Positions 16,033 through 25,006 of a stretch of 45,303 bases of DNA are shown in pieces. Position 1 is the first letter of the stretch; the number at the start of each line of letters is the position of its first letter. Below the pieces are notes generated by a model. The model searched no databases. It was given only the letters and a program-made list of their open reading frames with translations, and was not told the DNA's origin. The stretch is from a virus (taxonomy: Duplodnaviria > Caudoviricetes), in IMG/VR virus record IMGVR_UViG_3300017766_002047, positions 1-45,303 of that record. The stretch is one strand, 5' to 3'. A program made the translations under genes and the position numbers.

Positions 16033-17862
16033 TTACGCTCGCCACTTGCCCTTGTAGCAGGTGATGATCTGCCGCTTGCCGTTCCGGTGGACGACGATGT
16101 GGCTCTGGGTCCATGAGGACGGAGCGCCCTTGCCGTAGTCCATATCGAGCCGGGCGGTGACACCGGACTGATACGCGCCGTTGTAGATGCCCGCGCTGTG
16201 CGAGTGGCCGATGCAGACCTTGCGGCCCAGTCGGCTCAGGTTCTTGATGGAGCCCCTTGCACCATTCGGGCCACGGTCGCCGTGGAGGGCCATCTCGATC
16301 CCGCCGCTGCTGTCCTTGCAGAGAATGTAGGGCTCGTCGGCGCTCAGCCACTTCGTGTTCTTGAGCTTCACCTCGCGCTCTACGGCCCAGCGCAGGGCGT
16401 TGAACTCCCGGCGGTCGTAGATCGCGTCCACGTACGCCTTCTGGCAGTCAACGTAGAACCGGGCGTTCTTCGTGTCGAAGCGCCAATCGGCTTCCTTCAG
16501 CCACCTTTCGAGGTGGAGGTCATGGTTGCTCTGTACGATGACAGTTCGCGTTCCAGCGCGTCCCGCATCGCGGAGGAAATGAGCGACTTCCCGTACCTCC
16601 TCCCCCACAAGATCACGCCCTTCGACGTGAAGCTGGAGCCTCTTGTGCGGGTCGAGGCGGTTGTGGTGCGAGCGGCTTTCAAAGTCGAGAACGTCGTGCA
16701 TGAACTGGACTTTGGGTCGGAGGGTGTCGATGATTGATCCGCCCACGCGCAGGTGGCCGGGCCGTGCAGCGCCGTCTCCAGTGCCCCAGCAGAGATCGCG
16801 CATTCCGGCTTCAAGCTGGGCGACATGAACATCTCCCCAAACCAGCCCCTCAACCCGTGCGGAACGCTCCACAATTCCAGAGGGGGATACATAGAGGTCG
16901 AGGTCATAGAGGCCACCTTTGCTGTCCACGTTAAGCTGTCGTACGAACCACAGGCCGGTGTGATCGACTTCCACGATCAGCGCGCCGTAGACGTGATCGA
17001 ACTCCGCCTTCTGCCCGGCCTTCTTCTGAATGTAGTTCCGCTGGGTCACGGTCCCGGTCGTGTACTGGAGCTTCGCCGCGTCGGAGCGGATGGTCGGCAC
17101 CGACTGCATGGCGACCTTGGCGTGCGGGAAGATGGACGACGAGCGCCCGTTGTAGCTCTCCATCCCGCTCAGCGGATTGACCGCCGTGGGGAGAATGTTC
17201 ATGTGCCCGTTCCAGATAAGCCCCGGCGCAAGCTGCACCATCTCGTCCACGACGTAGGGCTCGATCCGGCTGTCGTACCAGTCATCGCCGGTGTCCTTCG
17301 ACGTGCCGCGCTTCGCGGAGCCTTGGGCGCTGTGCTTGTAGGAGAAGGTGGCGACCATCACGTCGGCGCAGAAGCTGTTCTCCTGCTCGCCGTAGTGCTC
17401 CGCGAGGGAGTGGACCGCGCGCCATGTGGCGTCGTGCAGCTTCGTCTCGCTCTGGGCCGTGGTGACGAAGTAGCGGGCGATCTTGCCTTCCGGCGGGAGA
17501 GGGAGCACGCGGGCTTTCTTCTCGTCCACCGTGCCGCCGATGCTGGAGACAAGGTTCTCCCGCGCCGCGATCTCAAGCCGCGTGTGGAGTGTGCCGTACG
17601 AAATGCCGAGCTTGCGGGCCGCGCCCTGTTTCGAGCCGACGAGCACATACGCGTCGAGGGCTTCTTGGGCTGGCTGGAGGTCGATTGTCACCTTGCCGAC
17701 GTGGCGCTCGATCTTCTCACCGAAGCGCTGCTCTGCGGTCGTGAGACGTGAGCGTAGCGCGCTGACTGAGATGCCGAGGGACGTAGCGGCTGCGGTGGAC
17801 GACGGGGAGGAGCTATAGACGGCGACCGTCTCGCGAAGCTGCTTGTCCGTAAGTTGGGTCAT
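16033..17862 (-). CDS. T5 A1-like protein: two N-terminal HTH motifs plus a calcineurin-like metallophosphoesterase/nuclease domain
   Basis: GDVH, HDVLD, SNHD, HGD and GHSHS motifs; TTGTVT..NY.QKKAGQKA segment recalled from A1-like proteins; two AA..LGIS..L..RL HTHs. Confidence 0.7.
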   Translation of the reverse strand: MTQLTDKQLRETVAVYSSSPSSTAAATSLGISVSALRSRLTTAEQRFGEKIERHVGKVTIDLQPAQEALDAYVLVGSKQGAARKLGISYGTLHTRLEIAARENLVSSIGGTVDEKKARVLPLPPEGKIARYFVTTAQSETKLHDATWRAVHSLAEHYGEQENSFCADVMVATFSYKHSAQGSAKRGTSKDTGDDWYDSRIEPYVVDEMVQLAPGLIWNGHMNILPTAVNPLSGMESYNGRSSSIFPHAKVAMQSVPTIRSDAAKLQYTTGTVTQRNYIQKKAGQKAEFDHVYGALIVEVDHTGLWFVRQLNVDSKGGLYDLDLYVSPSGIVERSARVEGLVWGDVHVAQLEAGMRDLCWGTGDGAARPGHLRVGGSIIDTLRPKVQFMHDVLDFESRSHHNRLDPHKRLQLHVEGRDLVGEEVREVAHFLRDAGRAGTRTVIVQSNHDLHLERWLKEADWRFDTKNARFYVDCQKAYVDAIYDRREFNALRWAVEREVKLKNTKWLSADEPYILCKDSSGGIEMALHGDRGPNGARGSIKNLSRLGRKVCIGHSHSAGIYNGAYQSGVTARLDMDYGKGAPSSWTQSHIVVHRNGKRQIITCYKGKWRA

Positions 17863-17888
17863 TCGTGGCCTCCATGATGCACCTCAGT

Positions 17889-17917
17889 TCGGTACAGCAA
17901 GAGGCGTGCCGCGTCAA
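17889..17917 (-). promoter_or_regulatory. sigma54-like site (17912-17896) nested in a weak sigma70-like promoter upstream of the A1-like operon
   Basis: Minus strand TTGACGCGGCACGCCTCTTGCTGTACCGA contains GG-N10-GC. Confidence 0.6.
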
Positions 17918-18198
17918 TCGAGCTTGTCCTCGATCCGCGTCGTCTGCTTGTGGACGAGGTGGACTTCGGCACCCGTCGCCTTGGCGATAGCCATCGTGGC
18001 TTGGTGCATCTCAAGCTCGCGCTTGTCCTTGCGGATGGTCGCCCACGCGTGGACGATGAAGCCCAGCACGGCGACGATCATGGACAGGATGACGGCAAGG
18101 TCGGACACAGAGAGCCCCCACATGATGCCGGTAGCGGCAGCGCCACCGTACATCGCGGCCTCACCTGACTTGTCAACGAGGGTCTGGTTCATCTTCAT
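17914..18198 (-). CDS. Putative holin
   Basis: 94 aa, hydrophobic TM segment(s), charged C-terminus; at the end of the structural operon. Confidence 0.6.
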   Translation of the reverse strand: MKMNQTLVDKSGEAAMYGGAAATGIMWGLSVSDLAVILSMIVAVLGFIVHAWATIRKDKRELEMHQATMAIAKATGAEVHLVHKQTTRIEDKLD

Positions 18199-18204
18199 GC
18201 TCCA

Positions 18205-21200
18205 CTAACGCTCAAAGCTCGCGACTTGTTCTGCGGCGAGCGCAGATGACGCACGTTCAATCACGTCCAGTACAGCATCGCGCTGTTTCTGGGTAGCCGT
18301 GAGCCGGTCAAGAAGCTCCGTGACGTATGCGGCATCTTGTCGTACGAACGCACGGGCAAGCTCCTCTGCGGCCTTGTCCGACAGGGTGCGCTTGGATGCC
18401 ACGCTCAGCGCGCGGCGGAGGGCGGCGACGATGTAGCCGGGGCCAGCGCGACCGCCAAGGGCTGCTGCCAGTTCGATGGCGCTGTTGACTTCCGGGGCCA
18501 CGCCGAGGTCTTTCGGATCGCGGGCCGACAGGGTGTACTGGTTCGCTGCGGACTTCTGCTGCGTCGCGCCGATCTGCTCCAGCGTCTGTGCCGTTTTCGT
18601 GTCAGTGACGCTCTCGATCCGGCCCTTGATGCCCGGGGTCTGGAGGTCACGCGCCACGCGGAGGGCGGCGTCGGGCGACTGCTCAGCGGCACCGGCCACA
18701 GCCTCACGGGCCACAGCACCGGCGTTGTTCCGCACGTCAGGAGACGCACCGGACAGGGCGCTGTCGAAGTCTTTCGTCGTACGGCTGAGCACGTTGGCGG
18801 CTGCGTCCACGGCGTCGCGGTTCTTGCCCAGTTGGGACTGGATCGCGGCGATGGTGCGCTTGCCTTCCTCTTGCAGCGCGGCGACCTTCTTCGCGGTCAC
18901 GTCGTTGATGCGGTCGGTCTTGGCCTGTGCAGCCTCACGCACTCGGGCTTTCTGCTGCCGGGCGCTGTCGCTCAGTTCGCGCGTGCGAGCCGTCTGGGCG
19001 TCCGTGGAGCCCTGCTTGGCCTTCAGTGCGTCGGCGTCGATCTTGGCGATCTGGCGCGCGGCGTCGTCCTTGACACCGAGGATGGTGTTGGCCGCAGCCT
19101 CTTTGATCTCGCTGATCTCGCGCTCGATAGCCGCCACGCGCTTCGTCGCACGGGCAGCGGGCTTGAGGATCACGTCGGCAGCATCGCCCAGAGCGGCGCG
19201 CACGGCGTCCTCATTGCGGGCGAGGCGCGCGGCAACTTTCAGGGCTTCGGCTCCGCCCCGGGACTTCTCACCGATGGCGACCAGAGCGCCGTCCAGCGCG
19301 CCTTCGGCACCGGCACCTTCGGCAGTGGCGAGGCGGATATCGGCGGCGGCTGTCGTGGGCTTCGCGCCCAGCACGCCCGCGTTGGCGACCTTGTAGGCGT
19401 CGAGCCCACGCTGGAGGCCACGGTAGCGCTCAAGGAATTGGCCGTACTCAGGCACCTGACGCCCGGCTTCGTCGGCCAGCGTGTCAGCGACTTCGTTGAG
19501 GTTGAACTTGACGTTGTTCGCATCGACAGCATCGCGTGCCGTACGACGCAGAACGTCGATATCGTCAATCGTCAGCTTCGTGCCCTGACCGTCGGACAGC
19601 TTCTCTGCGAGGTCGATCAGGCGCTGCTGTTCGGCGTTGGCGGGCAGAGCGTCGATCCGCGACTTCAGCACCTGCTGGATCGGCTTGAGCGGAAGGTTGC
19701 TCGACACGAACTCGTCGGACAGTTCGATCTCGCGCGAGGCGAGGCCGGTGGCCTTGTCGCGCATCACGTCGTCGCCGTACTTGTCGATAGCCGCCTCGAC
19801 AGCCTTCGCAGACTGGGCGTTGGGCGGGCGTGCAGTGAGTTCTTGAAGCTGGGCCGATAGACGCTCGCCTTCCTTCGCGATGGCCGCTTGCTGGCCCTCG
19901 ACGCGGCGCAGAGCCTGATCCTGAATGGAGCGGGCCGTGGCAGTTGCTTCGCCGGTGATCGCAGCCTGAGCCGCGCCAGCTTGTTCGTCCACCTCGCGGC
20001 GGAAGCCCGTGGCGTCGTCAGCCGCCGCTCGAATGTCGTCGTTCGTCGTCGCCGTGATGTTCTCGATCTTCTGGTTACGGTCGGCGCGCACGTCGCGCTT
20101 GGCGTTCGTGGCGATCTCGTCCACGCGACCGAGGCGCGCTGCGTTCTGGGCGGCGGCGTCAGCAACGTCGGAAGCCGCAAGCTCGTCCAGCGAGGTGCGG
20201 GCTTGGGTCGGCGTAACAGTGTCACCAGTGCGGCGGACGGCTCCAGCAATATCCTCGCCGCGCGTGCGGGCCGCGACTTCTTCGCTCTCGCGGAAGATCG
20301 CGTTCACAGCCGGGCGCTCGACGCCGAGGTTGCGGTACTTGCGGATGGTGGCCGGGTCGGAGATTTCCGCCAGCTTGGGAGCGCGACCGTTCGCGTTCGT
20401 GAAGTTCTCGACGGCTGCGCGGATATCCGCCGCGTCCTCGTCGGTGCGGTTCGCGATCCGGCGGACCAGTTGTTCGTCAATCTCGGAGCCGAGGGCCTTC
20501 TGTCCGCCCGGCAGGAACTTGTTCACGAGCGGGGCCACCACGCGGTCGCCCACACCTTCAAACAGCTTGCCGCCTGCGAAGCCCAGTGCGGCGTCCACAG
20601 CGGCGTCCTCGATACCTTCGCCTTCCAGCAGCGCATGACCGCCAGCCATGATTGCAGCTTCGCCGCCCACGCCGATGTTGACGCCGCGCCGCGCCGCGCC
20701 CTGACGGAGCACAGTGCCAGTACCGCCAAAGCCCATGACTTCCCCGAGGAAGTTGGCGAGCGGTTGATCTTCACGAAGCTGGTCAGCCTGTGCTTCCGAG
20801 CGCTGCACCTTGTCGCCAAACGAGCCGGTGTCCTGTCCGGTGATGGCGTCGCCAGCTTCCGAGATGCCAGCGATCACGTAGTCGTCCAGCGGGCCGAGCA
20901 CGTTCGTCGCGCCGCGTCCCGTGGCTTGCAGAGCCTGTCCCGAGCCTTGAGCGAAGCGACCACGCGCTTCCTCCGCCGACACGTCGGCCTTCGTGAAGCC
21001 AGACGACACGTTCCCGATACCCACGAGGTTCGGGAGGCGGTCGAGGCCGGTGATGAACTTGTCGAGCCCCGACTGAGGGGCGGCGGGGATCGGCTGCTGC
21101 GGCTTAGGGGCGGGCTGAGACGCCTGCGCCGCTTGCTGCTTGGCCTGATATGCCTCCTGCATGACGCGGTTGATCGTCGCTTCATCCGTGTCATCGGGGA

Positions 21201-21243
21201 AGTTGACGACGAGCCCATCAGGTCCGCGAACTGTCTTTGTCAT
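18205..21243 (-). CDS. Large internal virion/DNA ejection protein (P22 gp16-like position)
   Basis: About 1012 aa, Ala-rich and helical; GPDG..VNFPD N-terminal motif; third of three ejection-type genes. Confidence 0.7.
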   Translation of the reverse strand: MTKTVRGPDGLVVNFPDDTDEATINRVMQEAYQAKQQAAQASQPAPKPQQPIPAAPQSGLDKFITGLDRLPNLVGIGNVSSGFTKADVSAEEARGRFAQGSGQALQATGRGATNVLGPLDDYVIAGISEAGDAITGQDTGSFGDKVQRSEAQADQLREDQPLANFLGEVMGFGGTGTVLRQGAARRGVNIGVGGEAAIMAGGHALLEGEGIEDAAVDAALGFAGGKLFEGVGDRVVAPLVNKFLPGGQKALGSEIDEQLVRRIANRTDEDAADIRAAVENFTNANGRAPKLAEISDPATIRKYRNLGVERPAVNAIFRESEEVAARTRGEDIAGAVRRTGDTVTPTQARTSLDELAASDVADAAAQNAARLGRVDEIATNAKRDVRADRNQKIENITATTNDDIRAAADDATGFRREVDEQAGAAQAAITGEATATARSIQDQALRRVEGQQAAIAKEGERLSAQLQELTARPPNAQSAKAVEAAIDKYGDDVMRDKATGLASREIELSDEFVSSNLPLKPIQQVLKSRIDALPANAEQQRLIDLAEKLSDGQGTKLTIDDIDVLRRTARDAVDANNVKFNLNEVADTLADEAGRQVPEYGQFLERYRGLQRGLDAYKVANAGVLGAKPTTAAADIRLATAEGAGAEGALDGALVAIGEKSRGGAEALKVAARLARNEDAVRAALGDAADVILKPAARATKRVAAIEREISEIKEAAANTILGVKDDAARQIAKIDADALKAKQGSTDAQTARTRELSDSARQQKARVREAAQAKTDRINDVTAKKVAALQEEGKRTIAAIQSQLGKNRDAVDAAANVLSRTTKDFDSALSGASPDVRNNAGAVAREAVAGAAEQSPDAALRVARDLQTPGIKGRIESVTDTKTAQTLEQIGATQQKSAANQYTLSARDPKDLGVAPEVNSAIELAAALGGRAGPGYIVAALRRALSVASKRTLSDKAAEELARAFVRQDAAYVTELLDRLTATQKQRDAVLDVIERASSALAAEQVASFER

Positions 21244-22481
21244 TAGTCGGTTCCCGGGGTCCAAGTGTACGAGCCGTCAGACGACGGGGCGAGCTTGCCA
21301 GTGGTGACTTGCGGTGCCGCAGCCGGTGCAGCCGCGCCTTGCGGAGCGAAGCTGCCCGTCAGGTAGCGAGCCTCCAGCGCGTCGAGCGCCGCGAGCATCG
21401 ACTGCACGGTTGCGTCGGGGTTGTTGATCTGTGCCACGAAGCGCTGGTATTCCTTCTCCGTGTCAAGCTGACGCGAAGTGAGGCCAGTGGCGGCAGCGAT
21501 CTGCGACGCGAGGCGGGGGATGACCGCCTTGATGTTGTCGCGGATGGTCTGAGCTTCCGGGTCGGTGAAGCCTTGCACCATCTGGCCGAGGCCGGAGTTG
21601 GCCGCAGCAGCAGCCGCGTTCGTGACCGGATCGCGCTGATCCACGTCTTTGAACACGCCCTTCGCTTTGCCGTCGAGAATGTACTGACGCATCTCCCCGA
21701 TATCGGTGAGCGCCTGATTGCGGGCGGCGGGGTCCGCCACGCCGTTCTCGCCCGGCTTGGGCTGGTTCGCACGGTTCGTGGAGCCGATCTGGGCTTGCAG
21801 AAGCTGACGGCGGAGGTCGGCGTCGGGATCGCGAACCGGAGCGCGCGTGATGCCGAGGTCTTGCGTGGTGCCGTCGTCCATGATGCCAATATCGCGCTCG
21901 TTGCCAGCGCCGTCGCGGCTGGAGCGGATTTGGCTGATCTGTGCGGCCTTGCCGTAGAGCGCGCCCATCCCCGCAAGACCTTCCGGGGTCTGCGAGGCTT
22001 GCATGAGCATGGCGATGGCGCTGTCGTCCAGAAGCGAGCCACCGGCGACCTTCGCCTGCTCGATCAGCGGGGCAATGTCCTGTCCGTCGGCTTGGGCCTT
22101 GCCGAGCTTGAGCGCGAGGTTGCCCATCGCTCCCAGCTTCGTGGCGTCGATACCCTGCTGTCCAGCGAGGTTGGCGATCTTCTGTGCTTCGACTTCAAAC
22201 GGCTGCATCTCTGCGGCGCGGGCTTCCTGCGCGTCGAGGCGCGTGTCCTGCTTGTTGGCGCGGTCGTTGCCTTGCAGGGCGATCATCGTGGTGGCGTCAC
22301 CAGCGCCTACGCCGCGCTCGTCCACGAAGGACTGGCGGGCGTTGTTCACGCGGTTGAGTTCGGCGTCCTTGATCGGGTCCTCGATTGCCCGGCGCGCGTT
22401 CGTGTACTCCTCGTCCCGTCGCGATTTCGCGATGCCGAGGCCAGTCACGATGTTCTGCGTAACGTCATACTTACCGGGCAT
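21243..22481 (-). CDS. Internal virion/DNA ejection protein (gp20-like position)
   Basis: Ala/Gln-rich; synteny; ATG 22481. Confidence 0.65.
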   Translation of the reverse strand: MPGKYDVTQNIVTGLGIAKSRRDEEYTNARRAIEDPIKDAELNRVNNARQSFVDERGVGAGDATTMIALQGNDRANKQDTRLDAQEARAAEMQPFEVEAQKIANLAGQQGIDATKLGAMGNLALKLGKAQADGQDIAPLIEQAKVAGGSLLDDSAIAMLMQASQTPEGLAGMGALYGKAAQISQIRSSRDGAGNERDIGIMDDGTTQDLGITRAPVRDPDADLRRQLLQAQIGSTNRANQPKPGENGVADPAARNQALTDIGEMRQYILDGKAKGVFKDVDQRDPVTNAAAAAANSGLGQMVQGFTDPEAQTIRDNIKAVIPRLASQIAAATGLTSRQLDTEKEYQRFVAQINNPDATVQSMLAALDALEARYLTGSFAPQGAAAPAAAPQVTTGKLAPSSDGSYTWTPGTD

Positions 22482-22492
22482 GTGTGCGATCC

Positions 22493-23197
22493 TTAGCCTG
22501 TCGGGGTCGTGGGAGCGGGCGTGGTCCCGGCGGGCTTGCCCCACACGGACGTGATGCCGGTGGCGACGTTGCCAGCGAAGCCAGAGATGCCCTCACCGAT
22601 AGCGTTGGCGCGGCCTGCGCCCGCCTGCATGTTCGCACCGGCGGCACCGGCGTTCGCGCCAGAGATGCCGGAGATGTTCGACTGCTCCGCCGCGAGGCCC
22701 ATGTTGGCCGCGCTTCCGAGTTGCGAGAGGTAGTTGCCGAAGTACGACGCACCGAGCCCTTGGCCGAAGCGTGCAGCCGCCTTGACGGTCGCGCCGCTGT
22801 TGCGGAGCCCGCGTGCGGAGGCAGACGCGTCAATGGCGTCCACGCCGGATTGAAGCTGCGTGCGGTAGCCAGCGCTGTCGAGGAAGTTCTGGTAGCCCGC
22901 CTGCGGGTTCATCTGCTGGGGCTGGCCTGCGATGGGCTGGCCGGTCGCCGGGTCGATCTGCGGTGCGCCGCCCGTGCCGGGCTGTTGGACACCGAGGAGG
23001 CCCAGAATGTTGTTGTACGCCGCTGCGCCGCCGGGCGCAAACGTCGTGCTGGTCGTGGCGTTGTTGATGTACTTCTTCGTGTCATCGAAGCGCGCTTGCG
23101 CGGCTTGGTTGGCCTTCTTGATGGCCTTAGCCTCTTGGCTTCCGCCGATGATGGAGCCGATACCGCCGATTGCCGCTGCGCCTAGTGCTGCCCACAT
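22493..23197 (-). CDS. DNA ejection/pilot protein (P22 gp7-like)
   Basis: Gly/Ala-rich hydrophobic N-terminus; FLDSAGY...SASARGLRNSGATVKA motif. Confidence 0.75.
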   Translation of the reverse strand: MWAALGAAAIGGIGSIIGGSQEAKAIKKANQAAQARFDDTKKYINNATTSTTFAPGGAAAYNNILGLLGVQQPGTGGAPQIDPATGQPIAGQPQQMNPQAGYQNFLDSAGYRTQLQSGVDAIDASASARGLRNSGATVKAAARFGQGLGASYFGNYLSQLGSAANMGLAAEQSNISGISGANAGAAGANMQAGAGRANAIGEGISGFAGNVATGITSVWGKPAGTTPAPTTPTG

Positions 23198-23267
23198 GGT
23201 GTTCACCTTCGTGTGATATGCTACGTCATGGCTCAGCGAGCGGCGCGCAGAGCGCGAGTTAGTGGTC

Positions 23268-23296
23268 AAAGTACGCCGTATCTATGCAGCCGTCAA
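23268..23296 (-). promoter_or_regulatory. Putative sigma70 promoter for the ejection-protein genes
   Basis: TTGACG-N17-TACTTT on the minus strand. Confidence 0.6.
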
Positions 23297-23797
23297 CCCT
23301 TTTAGCTCCGCTGTCAAGCGTTTCATCGGCTCGATCTGCGGTTTCAGCTTGTCGTGCTTGGGCTCGATATGAACGCGCGAAAGCTCGTGGTGACGCCTTA
23401 TGTCGTACGGTAGATCGGGGTGAACCAGCTTCCATATCCGGTGGGCCTTCGCGCCGTCCCAGAGATCGGTGTGGTCGATGTGGTGGCCCTCGATATTGTC
23501 GAGCGCGGCTTCGTCCGCTGCGGTGATGAAGCCCGGGACGCCGAGGCGGGCGAGGCTGGTGTTCACTTCGTGGGAGGGCCGGTGGATGACGATGATGGGG
23601 CACTTCTGGGCCGCGAGGAAGTCGGGGAAGCGCCAGATGCCGGTGCAGGAAACTGCGTCGTACGTCTTATCCCAGTCGCTGTAATGGGTCCGGTATAACG
23701 GATCGTGGCTGACAACGCATTCCGGCGTCGTCAGCCACACCGAGGCCCATGTGGTGCCCGAACGGGGCAGGCCGGTTATGATAAAGTCGAGGCTCAC
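23282..23797 (-). CDS. Sulfotransferase-like (P-loop/PAPS-binding motif) protein
   Basis: FIITGLPRSGTTW 5'-PSB-like loop, HDP, and IHRP....SL 3'-PB-like motif. Confidence 0.6.
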   Translation of the reverse strand: MSLDFIITGLPRSGTTWASVWLTTPECVVSHDPLYRTHYSDWDKTYDAVSCTGIWRFPDFLAAQKCPIIVIHRPSHEVNTSLARLGVPGFITAADEAALDNIEGHHIDHTDLWDGAKAHRIWKLVHPDLPYDIRRHHELSRVHIEPKHDKLKPQIEPMKRLTAELKGLTAA

Positions 23798-23955
23798 TCG
23801 ACGGGGATGACGACGCCGATCTGCTCGTCAATGACGGCGGGGCATGGCGCGTCCGCCGGGGCGATGACGCCAAGCGCGATCAGGACGCCGGAGAGGGCGG
23901 CGATGACGCCGACGATGACGGTTCGGTTGGACTGTACGACAGATGCAATGCTCAT
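23794..23955 (-). CDS. Small membrane protein (53 aa)
   Basis: MSIASVVQSNRTVIVGVIAALSGVLIALGVIAP...; AGGGG RBS; GTGA overlap with the next gene. Confidence 0.6.
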   Translation of the reverse strand: MSIASVVQSNRTVIVGVIAALSGVLIALGVIAPADAPCPAVIDEQIGVVIPVE

Positions 23956-23998
23956 GGTGGACCCCTTTCAACGGGCTGGGTAGGACGATGGGCTGGTC

Positions 23999-25003
23999 TT
24001 ACACAATCTCTTGCGACATGACAAGCAGGCTTTCGTTCACGTTCTGGGGCAGCGTGTTCTGGAAGGTGCCGAACCACACGCCAACTTGGTCGATGGACGA
24101 CACCCAGCCGCCGGTGGCGACCGTGTAGATCGGGTTGAAGAACTCGCCGTCGGTCGAGATGCTGAAGATGTAGTTGGCTCCCGAGCGCTCCAGACGCATC
24201 CACTGCGGGCGGTCCTCGTACTGGGCGGAGGTGCGGTTGCCCACGCTCACGTCGGCGTTGAAGCTGTCGTACGTCGTCCAGCGCTGGTGCCGGAGCACGA
24301 CTTGACCAGTTGTCGCAGCCACGACACCAAGCTGGAAGCACTCCAGACGCCCGGTCGTATTGTCGCGCACGGCGATGCCCCAACCCATGAACGCGCGCTT
24401 CGACCAGTTGGCGACGCCAAGCACAGTGCAGACCCACGAGGAGCCCGGGGTTGCGGCGTACATGAAGGCGTTGCGGTTCGTCGCGCCGCCGCCAGCCGTC
24501 GTCAGGCGTACGCCACGGCTAACGTCGGTGGCTGTAGTGTTCGTGGAAGCCTGCCCGAGCGTGTAGTCCGCGATCACGGGAGGTGTAGGTTCGGTCGCCC
24601 AGTACGGCGACATGCCGCCTCCACCGCCGCCGGAGATGGCTACCTCGGTCACGTCGGTGACATGCCCTTGGGCGTCAACCGTGATCTGGGCCACGTTAGT
24701 GGCGTCGCCGTAGGTGCCGGGGGTCACGCCGCTGTCTGCGTGGTCGATTGTCACGTCGCCGTCCACGAGCGATCCGCCGCCGTCGAGGGCCACGCCAGCG
24801 ATGATCTGGTTCGCGATTTGGGCTTGAAGCTCCGCCACAGCGGCCTGTAGGTCGGCGTACGTCGCGTCCGTGTTGACGTTGACGTTACGCTGGCTGAGCC
24901 AGTTGCGAAGGAACTCCTCGGTCGGCAGGCCGGTGTCGGGGTAGACAATCGGCACGTCGTACCTGAGCGGGTCGATCTTCCTGCGGCGCGGGGTGAGGAC
25001 CAT
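23999..25003 (-). CDS. Tail needle/fibre-like protein
   Basis: N-terminal PIV...G.PT.EF.R plus coiled-coil; SGVTPGTYG..ITVDAQG repeat; poly-Gly linker; beta-sandwich-like C-terminus. Confidence 0.7.
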   Translation of the reverse strand: MVLTPRRRKIDPLRYDVPIVYPDTGLPTEEFLRNWLSQRNVNVNTDATYADLQAAVAELQAQIANQIIAGVALDGGGSLVDGDVTIDHADSGVTPGTYGDATNVAQITVDAQGHVTDVTEVAISGGGGGGMSPYWATEPTPPVIADYTLGQASTNTTATDVSRGVRLTTAGGGATNRNAFMYAATPGSSWVCTVLGVANWSKRAFMGWGIAVRDNTTGRLECFQLGVVAATTGQVVLRHQRWTTYDSFNADVSVGNRTSAQYEDRPQWMRLERSGANYIFSISTDGEFFNPIYTVATGGWVSSIDQVGVWFGTFQNTLPQNVNESLLVMSQEIV

Positions 25004-25006
25004 AGC

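Noticed and set aside
8151-17862. 2-aminoadenine (Z) or other base-substitution system, suggested by PolA with HD, DUF5664-like and MazG-like genes
   Set aside because: No PurZ/adenylosuccinate-synthetase-like or 7-deazaguanine pathway ORF was found in an apparently complete genome
16033-17862. Phage-encoded sigma54 enhancer-binding protein, suggested by the Fis-like HTHs
   Set aside because: There are no AAA+ Walker motifs or GAFTGA loop, and the rest of the protein is a metallophosphoesterase
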